In this document: positions 51,401 to 59,295 of the stretch, piece after piece | Position numbering within the stretch: the stretch's first letter is position 1 | Layout of the letters: each line of letters begins with the position of its first letter | Source: an uncultured Candidatus Saccharibacteria bacterium | GTDB taxonomy: Bacteria; Patescibacteriota; Dojkabacteria; J137 | Reading direction: 5' to 3' | DNA length: 64,000 nucleotides | Assembly (NCBI GenBank): GCA_964437465.1 | Contig: CAYTGI010000005.1 | Coordinates: 5,203 to 69,202 of the forward strand | Translations under genes and position numbers: made by a program | Notes under the pieces: generated by a model | Databases searched by the model: none | What the model saw: the letters and a program-made list of their open reading frames with translations, nothing else | What the model was told of the DNA's origin: nothing

Positions 51401-53124
51401 ACTCAGGATATGTTGGTATTGGAATAACCGCTCCGACTTCACCGCTTACAATTGTTGAATCAACTAATGTATCCGCTTTAGATATTCAATCAACAGGAAT
51501 AACAGATAAACCATCTGTATCAATAAATGAGCTACCTCTCTCTGTTGATGTAAATACAGGTAAAGCACTTGAGTTTAAGGTGACTGGTGAATCTTTCGGA
51601 AGAGGAATGTTCTATTCTGACGGATCTATTGGATTTGGCGGGGGCACGGCTACAACAGATGTATTTTTAAACAGAGACTCAGCTGGAATTTTAAGGATAG
51701 ATTCAGATAAAGCTGGAGGAGCTGCTGACTTGTTAATTGAAGGAAGTCTTGGGATTGGAGACAACGTTACTCCTACAAACATGATTGACATCAATACAAC
51801 TGGGGCAACGAGGGGAATAAGTTTTGATGGACGGGTTGCAATTTCAGGTTACTCTGCTAGCTCTTACCTTTACTTGAATAATGGGAATAATTTTTCAGGA
51901 GGTGTATATGCCCCAAGCGATTTTATTGCAACTGAGATTAGAACAAGTACTACTGATTATGGGGCGTATGACATTCAGACACATGATGATTTGTATGTTA
52001 ATGATTTAGGGATATTTATGGGAGGTGTACACGTTGGAGGAACAAGTGATCCAGGAACAGATAATCTTATTGTTGATGGTAATGCCTCAATTGGTAATAC
52101 TTCTATATTAACTTCGGCCACTCTAAGGCTTGGAGATGATGGCTCGACTTATGGGCTTTTCATGGACTCCCCCAATGTTGCTACTGCCTCAACATATTAT
52201 GGATTATATGTAGACGAGATAGATGGTGGCATAACTAATAACTATGGAATGTATATTAGACCTATGACAGTATCCGGCTCAACCGCTTTTGGTGCAAGAA
52301 TTGGAGAGGTGTCAGGTGCAACTAATACCTACGGTTTATTTGTTGATGCAACATCCTCTCAAGACTACGGTGTATATATAGAAGGGTCCACAATGAGCGC
52401 TGGTCAATACTCGCTGTATGCAGAATTTGATATAAGAACTGAAGGACGATTTGAACTAGGAAATCCAGGTAGTGGAGGAGACGATGTTTGTAGAGTTGCC
52501 TCAAACCAAAGGTTATCTCTGTGTTCATCTAGTATAAGATATAAAGACAACGTTCTGGATTATTCAGGAGGATTAGATCTACTTAAACAATTTAGGTCTG
52601 TGTCTTTTGACTGGAAAGAGACAGGTATTTCGGATATGGGGTTTATTGCTGAAGAGGTTGAAGCAATAGAGCCCTTACTAGTATTTTATAGGGATGGTAA
52701 GGTTGAGGGAGTTAGATATAAACAGATGACAGCACTGATGAAAAATGCTGTTATCGAGATTGATGATAGACTTTTAGATGTCGAATCTAGATTAGATCTA
52801 CTTGCTGGAGGATCAGGAACGAGTGCTGTTACTTCCCTTACCGAAGCAATCATCACAGGAAAACTTACTGTAGATGGATTAGTTGATTTTAACGAGGATA
52901 CTGTTGCGACTGCTACAATTGGAAGTGGAGATACAGAAGTAGAGATCATTTTTAGTGAAAGCTACTCTACTCCACCTGTAATTACAGTTACACCAGAAGG
53001 TGAGGATTTTATTAATTCTGGAGTTACATATACAATTATAGATAAGGATGAGGATGGGTTTAAGATTAAGATCTCAGATCCATACACAGAAGATTTATTA
53101 TTTAACTGGCACGCATTTGAGTAA
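48421..53124 (+). CDS. Giant surface protein, paralog B: N-terminal domain, SBBP beta-propeller repeats, Gly-rich repeats, S74-like chaperone domain
   Basis: SBBP-type repeats (FIAKYNLNGTLQWIKQ, FLAKYNSSGVLQWVKQ, FLVKYDSSGLLQWAKA) and a C-terminal SSIRYKDNV...GFIAEEVEAIEP motif. The C-terminal domain is shared with paralog A. Confidence 0.6.
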   Translation: MCRVMNQISNIKRKNNALYSGSKKRPVLARQHKFAIPLAILSGLLFLLFILINTGGLYSFLNIFAATRTINFSGKIVNKDDGTNVVLGDPACVLAGADTCDFRVRIFDAISGGNQLFQEDHNDIEIGDFTGIFTLDINSICNSQVVGTVDWATTACVSNGGVDFSSSSIYIEISFSPAGDGTYTEVFGRRAFSNTASAFFAERAGSLNGLTSDDFVQLAQGTTQVNSDDFSLIDIETTGNLTDPLIVVNENGAGTPDLFDFQVGGDSIFTLDNDGLLSLSNDQGVTNLSIEESNATNDNRTLLSLINNGGAIISLEDTDSSTQAWNIIGSDEFTIKNDATPANDLLKIDDLGNAYMFNGLTINDGFDSSTISAILNFGGANTETIEWSAPNSRFEISDDLDVFNSLTVGDSVGIGTQSPSEALDVVGSVQLSGDIKTTNPSQLLPANSLDYVKNIPNSRGGVSGDPISQFDFELTDNEYFLVGAFSGSVDFDTDNSIPGDTLTSQGTDGFIAKYNLNGTLQWIKQIEGSSIESVTEVETDSAGNIYVLGNFSSSNVDIDPDNSVSGDTLSESGGRTFLAKYNSSGVLQWVKQMGQSGFLYIVGNDMYVNDSGDIHFTGYFYGGISIDFDPDNVVVNDTHSTTSFTEGDAFLAKYNTNGLIQWVHAIGTTNDTLRDSGKKVFADSGGDVILVGDASQGLFDFDEYNVGSDDTFDFSTGEGIFIVKYNSSGVAQWSKGLIDNGGQLNSGVVIADSSNNIYYTGGLQGTSNDFDDDNVVAGDTLNQINGVDSFLVKYDSSGLLQWAKALDISRTNALDITPSGEVLVGGTFNTTPDFDPDNVVSGDTVAAVGVKDIFFAKYDSTGLLTELKTIGTSGQNANLSHIAIDSSSNIYTQASYLGTIDMDSDIVISGDTISSSTTNGYYIARYSSSTQSIAGSNIGSSSSPFGNTYTNALNISAITGSTQCLEIDTNGNVSGSGITCGGLWTANGSDIYYDSGYVGIGITAPTSPLTIVESTNVSALDIQSTGITDKPSVSINELPLSVDVNTGKALEFKVTGESFGRGMFYSDGSIGFGGGTATTDVFLNRDSAGILRIDSDKAGGAADLLIEGSLGIGDNVTPTNMIDINTTGATRGISFDGRVAISGYSASSYLYLNNGNNFSGGVYAPSDFIATEIRTSTTDYGAYDIQTHDDLYVNDLGIFMGGVHVGGTSDPGTDNLIVDGNASIGNTSILTSATLRLGDDGSTYGLFMDSPNVATASTYYGLYVDEIDGGITNNYGMYIRPMTVSGSTAFGARIGEVSGATNTYGLFVDATSSQDYGVYIEGSTMSAGQYSLYAEFDIRTEGRFELGNPGSGGDDVCRVASNQRLSLCSSSIRYKDNVLDYSGGLDLLKQFRSVSFDWKETGISDMGFIAEEVEAIEPLLVFYRDGKVEGVRYKQMTALMKNAVIEIDDRLLDVESRLDLLAGGSGTSAVTSLTEAIITGKLTVDGLVDFNEDTVATATIGSGDTEVEIIFSESYSTPPVITVTPEGEDFINSGVTYTIIDKDEDGFKIKISDPYTEDLLFNWHAFE

Positions 53125-53765
53125 TGGAAAGATTTGGAATTTATAAATTACTATACGGAATATCGGTAATTCTCTATATATTATTCTTAAACTTTGGGTT
53201 TATCGATTCAATAATAACAGGGTTATTTATTGTTGGTACTATTTACCTAATCTTCACAAGAGAAGAAAGTCCTGACGAGGAGGAAGATGAAATTTATATT
53301 CCTGAGGTTCATTTCTATGCTACAGAAAGATACAACCCCTACACATATTCAATGACAATTATCGCAGTTATTATAGCTATGGTGTTTTATATACTTCAAT
53401 TCTTAACAGATATAAGAATCGGGTTAATTGCTTTAGCACTTTGGCCAATATTAATCATTGCAGGAATCTTTATTCAAAAAAGAGTAAATCAAAATTTGGA
53501 GCTGTTTCAAATTGTCAATTTTATTAGTTTAGTTTTACCTGAAGATGAGGATACTATGAAGCTTATAATTCGTAAGATAGAAAAAGAGGGTTTTGTTGAA
53601 GCAAGTGAAATTGACGAACTTCTGCAAGAAAATACCGACTGGCCTAATAATATAAGAAAAAGATTCATCAACAGGTATTTGGAGTATTCAGATTTTTTAG
53701 CGAAGCCAGAGACAGACAGATTGGTTAGCGGTGAGATCGAGGAGCTGAATGAAGAAAGAGCTTAG
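53124..53765 (+). CDS. Membrane protein (hypothetical)
   Basis: 213 aa with several TM helices. Confidence 0.35.
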   Translation: MERFGIYKLLYGISVILYILFLNFGFIDSIITGLFIVGTIYLIFTREESPDEEEDEIYIPEVHFYATERYNPYTYSMTIIAVIIAMVFYILQFLTDIRIGLIALALWPILIIAGIFIQKRVNQNLELFQIVNFISLVLPEDEDTMKLIIRKIEKEGFVEASEIDELLQENTDWPNNIRKRFINRYLEYSDFLAKPETDRLVSGEIEELNEERA

Positions 53766-53809
53766 AATTAAGATTTTAGATGTTAGACCTAAATTTGAAT
53801 AGATAAGAT

Positions 53810-54175
53810 ATGAACGAAGATCAGTTACATTTATTAGATCACTATAAAAACCCCCAAAACTATGGTGATCCGGGATTTGAAGTAACAAGTAAATCTGTAG
53901 TTGAGAATCAAACTTGCGGGGATAAAATTGAAGTATATCTAAATACTAGTGAGGATACACTTTTTGATCTCACTTTTAAAGCAGAGGGATGTTCTATTAG
54001 TATAGGCACAATGTCAATTCTGACAGAAGAGCTTAAGGGAAAGAGTCTTGAAGAAATAAGAAATATGAGTTACGAAGATATCCATGAATTAATAAAAATT
54101 GAACTTACTCCTTCAAGAATTAGATGTGCTACCTTAGGACTAGAGGCAGTACAAAAAGCTATTAATGAACTTTGA
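53810..54175 (+). CDS. sufU: SufU/IscU-type Fe-S cluster assembly scaffold
   Basis: NPQNYG, NQTCGD, EGCSIS and a C-terminal Cys. Confidence 0.7.
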   Translation: MNEDQLHLLDHYKNPQNYGDPGFEVTSKSVVENQTCGDKIEVYLNTSEDTLFDLTFKAEGCSISIGTMSILTEELKGKSLEEIRNMSYEDIHELIKIELTPSRIRCATLGLEAVQKAINEL

Positions 54176-55382
54176 TTTTTCTGTTTAAAACATCAAAAGC
54201 AATAAATAAAAGAAGATGTATTGGAGCTACGAATCCGATAACGAATCTAATTATATTTTCTGAAGAATCTACATTGTCTTCTGTGAAGAAAATACTAAAA
54301 ATTACGATTACAGTTCCAATGATAACTACTCTTCCAATAATATAAAGAATTTCAACGAGCATGTTCATTTCAATAGCAGATTCATTTTGGAACTCTCCTA
54401 GAACTTTTTCTCTAATTCTATAATCTAAATCATTGCCGACTGGATCGCTCAGAGATTGTGTAAATGCCAAAGCTAGAGATCTTACAAATAGTGCTGGAAT
54501 TGTCCAAACAAATGCAAGAGCTACTGTAAATACTGAGTAAATTATATAACCCAAATACCCTAGCCTTAATCGTATTTTAAAATTCGATTTACTATCTAAC
54601 CAAGCAGCAATAACTGCTGCAAAACCAATCACACTTGTGAGAGCTCCAACCCCAAACTCCTCCCCGATTAAAATATATGGAATAATCATAAACATTATTC
54701 CCATGATCGAATTTAGAGAACCTTTAAATATACAAAGGAGTGAAAACCAGCCAATGTTTTTCATTTTTAAGATTCTTTTAATTTCATCAGTTGTAACTTT
54801 ACTTCTTGTCTTTTTATTAAAGTCGAAAGGGATAAATATACTACCTATTAGGATTGCGATCCCAATTATAAATGTGTAATCGTAGCTACCTGTGTAGGTA
54901 ATTAATGCTCCAGCCATAACTGGAACAAGTATATTAAGTAATAAAATAGCACTTTGTAGAAGACTTAAGATTTTCCCCCTTTCAGCTCCATGAACCTCTT
55001 TCAACTCTATTGTATGGTCGATTGGCCAGTACATTCCTCTACCAAAACCTCTTAGCACTGCAAAGACGACAAAGAGATCCATTATCTTATCTTGCAGAAA
55101 AAAAATAAGTACAAGTGTGAGTATTTGAGCGAATGCTGAGACACGAAAACTATTAAGATAACCAAGTCTATCAATATAAAGGCTCATAATCATAAATCCT
55201 GCAAAAATCCCAATAACGAAAACTAAGTAATCCGTCAGAATCAGCTGAATACTTCCAGTTTCACGATACAAGAGAATGTAATAATAAGCCCAAACTGTAA
55301 GTTGTACTAATGTTAATGTTAGTTTAAATACTCCGAGTTGATTTAATATTTGTTTATGTTCATGTACTACTTTTGAAGCCAT
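54162..55382 (-). CDS. MFS-like transporter
   Basis: About 12 TM helices. Confidence 0.5.
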   Translation of the reverse strand: MASKVVHEHKQILNQLGVFKLTLTLVQLTVWAYYYILLYRETGSIQLILTDYLVFVIGIFAGFMIMSLYIDRLGYLNSFRVSAFAQILTLVLIFFLQDKIMDLFVVFAVLRGFGRGMYWPIDHTIELKEVHGAERGKILSLLQSAILLLNILVPVMAGALITYTGSYDYTFIIGIAILIGSIFIPFDFNKKTRSKVTTDEIKRILKMKNIGWFSLLCIFKGSLNSIMGIMFMIIPYILIGEEFGVGALTSVIGFAAVIAAWLDSKSNFKIRLRLGYLGYIIYSVFTVALAFVWTIPALFVRSLALAFTQSLSDPVGNDLDYRIREKVLGEFQNESAIEMNMLVEILYIIGRVVIIGTVIVIFSIFFTEDNVDSSENIIRFVIGFVAPIHLLLFIAFDVLNRKIKVH

Positions 55383-55472
55383 GCAATATTCTAGACCTAT
55401 TTGAACTAATAGTCCAAATATAGAAAAAACTTAAGTTTAATTTTATACTTCCAGTACTTATTAAAATAAAAT

Positions 55473-56546
55473 ATGAAGATAATTATTTTTGCAGGAGGAA
55501 CAGGAAAAAGATTTTGGCCAGTTAGTAGAATTAATTCTCCAAAACAATTTAGCCCATTGATCTCAGGTAAACCACTTCTAAGATTAAATATTGATAGATT
55601 ACTAAAAGGATTTAATCCAGAAGATATTTTTGTAAGTACTGGAAAAAGATATGAAAAAGAGGTTTTAGAGATTGCTTCAGATCTTCCAAAAGAAAACCTT
55701 ATTTTTGAGCCTGATATGAGGGATACTGGGCCAGCAGTTACTCTAGCAATATGCTATGTAAGAGAAAAATTTCCTGATGAACCGATCTGTATACAATGGT
55801 CAGATTCAATAGTTAAAGATGAGGCAACATTTATAATAAGCCTCAAAGAAGCTGAAAAAGTGCACAAAGAACAAAATAAAACTTTTTTTATAACTGTTCC
55901 TGCTAGATTTCCTTCACCTCACAGAGGTTACATTAATTTTGGCGAAGAAATAAAAAGTATAAGTTCAAAAATTACTTTAAATGAATTTAAATCCTTTAAA
56001 GAAAAACCAGATGTTGATAATGCAAAAAAGTATATAGCCGATGGGCATTTTGGTTGGAATCCAGGATACTGGGTTTTGGATCCAGACTTTTATCTAGATA
56101 CAGTAAAGAAAGATGATGAAGATATTGTTAGTGTCTGTGAAACAATGGTTAGAGAAGACTTTTCTGAAAGCTCTTGTAAAAAATTCTCAGAATTAGAAAA
56201 GATTTCAGCTGACTATTTATTTGCAGAAAAGGTTTCCTCTCAGGAAGCACTTGTCCTACTTTCGGATATAGGATGGAGTGATGTAGGTGAATGGATTTCA
56301 TTAAAAGAAGCTCTACAGGAAAATGATGACGCAATTGTTACTAAAGGTAACGTTATAGATTTAGATTCAAAAGATTCGATTATCTATAATCTTGAAGATT
56401 CTAAACTAGTTAGTACAATAGGTTTAGAGGGGATGGTCGTAGTTAATACAAAAGATGCTGTCGCAGTGTTTTCAAAAGAGGACAATGGCAGATTAAAAGA
56501 GTATCTGAATAAACTTGAAGAAGAAGGCAAATCTGATTTTATTTAG
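55473..56546 (+). CDS. Sugar-phosphate nucleotidyltransferase (mannose-1-phosphate guanylyltransferase-like)
   Basis: MKIIIFAGGTGKRFWPVSRINSPKQF N-terminus. Confidence 0.7.
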   Translation: MKIIIFAGGTGKRFWPVSRINSPKQFSPLISGKPLLRLNIDRLLKGFNPEDIFVSTGKRYEKEVLEIASDLPKENLIFEPDMRDTGPAVTLAICYVREKFPDEPICIQWSDSIVKDEATFIISLKEAEKVHKEQNKTFFITVPARFPSPHRGYINFGEEIKSISSKITLNEFKSFKEKPDVDNAKKYIADGHFGWNPGYWVLDPDFYLDTVKKDDEDIVSVCETMVREDFSESSCKKFSELEKISADYLFAEKVSSQEALVLLSDIGWSDVGEWISLKEALQENDDAIVTKGNVIDLDSKDSIIYNLEDSKLVSTIGLEGMVVVNTKDAVAVFSKEDNGRLKEYLNKLEEEGKSDFI

Positions 56547-56805
56547 TTCGCCATCTCTCCAATCTAGGAAATCCCATTAAGGCAAACCATCTTAAAGGTT
56601 TAACCCAGCTCATCTCTTTTAAGGCATCATCAGAGATTTTTTTCATCTCTTCCATAGTTGCATTAGGAGCTGTGAACTCACCATTTTTATAACAATAGTG
56701 ACAGTACTTATAGCTCTTTGATCCATCAGTTTCTGTGCCTGAGTCATCTCCATTATTTAGGGGCATCATACAAGATTGACAGAACTTCATGTATTTTTCT
56801 TTCAT
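56539..56805 (-). CDS. Zinc-ribbon domain protein
   Basis: CQSCMMPL...YCHYCYKNGEF. Confidence 0.5.
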   Translation of the reverse strand: MKEKYMKFCQSCMMPLNNGDDSGTETDGSKSYKYCHYCYKNGEFTAPNATMEEMKKISDDALKEMSWVKPLRWFALMGFPRLERWRTK

Positions 56806-56838
56806 TTGTGAAAGTATAAAATGTATTCTTAATTATAG

Positions 56839-58056
56839 CTATTTATCTATAAGGTTTAACATATCTGTAACTGAACTGTTGTTATGTAAAAGCCTAGTTG
56901 GATACTCTTTACCTTCATCCACTTCAATATCTAAAGTACCGAAACATCTACTAGAAACTGCATTAATATACTCATCTAAATCTTCGTCTTTGAGGTTTTT
57001 ATGAGCTAGAATTTCAAACTTAAGGTCTTTCTTAATTAAGTACTCATCAAAAAATTGAAATATCTTGCCTTCCTTTCGATAAGCATTTTTAATTTTCAAG
57101 TATTTTTCAGGATTGATTTTGTTTACAAAAGAATCAAGTGTACCGGGGAAGTAGTAGTATATGTCTAAATCTTTATTTAAATGGTAGGTCATTTCGGTAA
57201 TTATTCCTGAAGAGTTAATTTCTGAAGATATGTTTACTATGCGATGAATTTTCTTTTTGCTTAGCTCTTTAGAATAAACTGGTATCCAAGGGTATATGTT
57301 TGATTCAGAACCTGGAGGTATTACAACATAGTTCGAATCATTTATCATTTCAACTATTCCTTTAGTCTTTAGATTTTTCGCACGATTTTTAGTTACTGGA
57401 TCTATTAGTTCAAATTCATGCACAGATATCGGTTCATCAATTTCGTCAAAATGAGCCTCGTTTTCAAACAACACTTCTCCATCCCTTCTAGCTTGTAAAA
57501 TTAATCTTCTATCGAAAATAAATCTAAAAGTTAGTGTTTTTGGAAGTATTTCCCATTCTTTAAGTTTTACAAACAAAATTTCATATCCATTTGTTGAGTT
57601 TTGATCAAGAGCGTATGCAAGGGCTGAGAACATTATGTTCAATGCTGAATGATTAACACTACCCTGCTCTATTGAATTTAGGCCTATCGAAAGTTCGTAA
57701 TAAAACTTGGTAACAAGACCTTGATGTAGTTTTAGGAATTTTTCAAACTTTGGAAAACTTGTTGAAAGTACTTCAAGATAATAATTTGAAGTATCAATAG
57801 ATTGTCCGAAACTTTCGGACCGGTCTTTTGTGTGGTCTAAAAGATTAGGAAACATTGTAATGAACAATGTTTTAAAATCCCCAATCGGTAAAAAGGGTAG
57901 ACCTCTACTTTCTAATGCTTTTCCAATGGCTCCAGTACTACCTCCCCAATCTACGACATTTAAAAGAACGTAGTGCTCAATGTCATTTCGCAAGAACTCT
58001 TCTCTAAGAACTCCTCCTCCGTGACCTCCTGAAATAAATACTAATCTTTTAATCAT
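56839..58056 (-). CDS. Hypothetical protein (weak YvcK/CofD-like N-terminus)
   Basis: RLVFISGGHGGGVLRE glycine loop only. Confidence 0.3.
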   Translation of the reverse strand: MIKRLVFISGGHGGGVLREEFLRNDIEHYVLLNVVDWGGSTGAIGKALESRGLPFLPIGDFKTLFITMFPNLLDHTKDRSESFGQSIDTSNYYLEVLSTSFPKFEKFLKLHQGLVTKFYYELSIGLNSIEQGSVNHSALNIMFSALAYALDQNSTNGYEILFVKLKEWEILPKTLTFRFIFDRRLILQARRDGEVLFENEAHFDEIDEPISVHEFELIDPVTKNRAKNLKTKGIVEMINDSNYVVIPPGSESNIYPWIPVYSKELSKKKIHRIVNISSEINSSGIITEMTYHLNKDLDIYYYFPGTLDSFVNKINPEKYLKIKNAYRKEGKIFQFFDEYLIKKDLKFEILAHKNLKDEDLDEYINAVSSRCFGTLDIEVDEGKEYPTRLLHNNSSVTDMLNLIDK

Positions 58057-58057
58057 G

Positions 58058-58282
58058 CTACTGTTCTTCAGAGTTTCTTAGATTACTAATAACTCTAACT
58101 AACCAATCAGGTATCCAATTCAAACCATCGCTATTATTTCTATTTGAAATAGACAAGATCATTGGAAGTGTGAATTGTTGGAGTGATCCATCAGGTGTAA
58201 ATGGATTGACTATAAAATCTTCCTGATCATTTTCCTCATTATTTGGATGTTCTTGACTCATCTTTAAGATAGTAATTAACAA
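58058..58282 (-). CDS. Hypothetical small protein
   Basis: 74-aa ORF. Confidence 0.25.
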   Translation of the reverse strand: MLITILKMSQEHPNNEENDQEDFIVNPFTPDGSLQQFTLPMILSISNRNNSDGLNWIPDWLVRVISNLRNSEEQ

Positions 58283-58374
58283 GAAGTATACAATAAAATT
58301 CTAATTATGTATTATTAGCTAACAAATTTTTAATCATTTCTATTATATCTTCTAAAGTATTTTAAAATATAAGT

Positions 58375-58824
58375 ATGAGCCTTGAGTCAATTGCTATAAA
58401 TTCGATAATTCTTTTTATCCTTAATTTGCCCTTCGCAATTTATCTTAATAGAAAGTATGAAATAAGCATATCCAAGTTTTTACTAATAACTGTAACATCT
58501 CTAATTATAATTATACCTTTATCTCATATTCTTACCCAGGAACTATTTGATTTGTATTCACGTAACCGAAATATTGGAACATCATCGATTCGTACAAGCT
58601 TAGGTATTGTTACTCCATTAATCTATAGACCTGGTCAAGTGTATTTATTATTTATTTTAAGAAACTTAATATCTATATTGTTGCTTTCGATAGTGCAAGT
58701 TATCGGTATACGACTATTAAAGATGAAAGATTTCAGAAGAGAGTCTTTAAATCCAATTATTTTAAATTGTATTATAGTTTCTATTTCAATTGTCATGACA
58801 TTCTTAATTATAATATCTTATTGA
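58375..58824 (+). CDS. Membrane protein, tandem paralog 1
   Basis: Hydrophobic; similar to the next ORF. Confidence 0.35.
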   Translation: MSLESIAINSIILFILNLPFAIYLNRKYEISISKFLLITVTSLIIIIPLSHILTQELFDLYSRNRNIGTSSIRTSLGIVTPLIYRPGQVYLLFILRNLISILLLSIVQVIGIRLLKMKDFRRESLNPIILNCIIVSISIVMTFLIIISY

Positions 58825-59294
58825 TGAATATTGTTTATAGTTTTATATTTATTTTATTATTTATATTGACAACACATCTACCGTTAATATTATATTTGAG
58901 TAGAAAATTAAATCTTGGTTATTTAAAATTTTTGCAGATTTTGACTTTTTCAACTTTACTAAGTTTTTTGATTATCCCATTTGTTTTTTCGATTGTTTTA
59001 GATACGATTTATCCAATACCATCTCCTCCAACAGGAATAATTGATACCGATGATGGGCCAGTTATATTAACTTTTACTATTGGACTACTGCCTCATCTAA
59101 ATAGAGGCATTATCTCTTTGTCACTTGGTCCTGTTTTATTTTTTATGTTCTTAGCTTTACTACAAGTAATTGTATTAAAAAAGTTGAAGAAAGAAAAACT
59201 AGAAAGAAAGGCTGTTTTAATAATTATCTTGTTTGAGCTTATCCTTTCAATTTTAGCAACAGGTTTATTATTTTTTATGACAGACTATATTTAA
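58824..59294 (+). CDS. Membrane protein, tandem paralog 2 (start probably MNIVYSF)
   Basis: Similar helix pattern and an LYLSRKLN motif. Confidence 0.35.
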   Translation: MNIVYSFIFILLFILTTHLPLILYLSRKLNLGYLKFLQILTFSTLLSFLIIPFVFSIVLDTIYPIPSPPTGIIDTDDGPVILTFTIGLLPHLNRGIISLSLGPVLFFMFLALLQVIVLKKLKKEKLERKAVLIIILFELILSILATGLLFFMTDYI

Positions 59295-59295
59295 T

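Noticed and set aside
46849-52949. Short antisense ORFs inside the giant surface-protein genes
   Set aside because: They overlap long, repeat-supported sense ORFs and have no independent signals.
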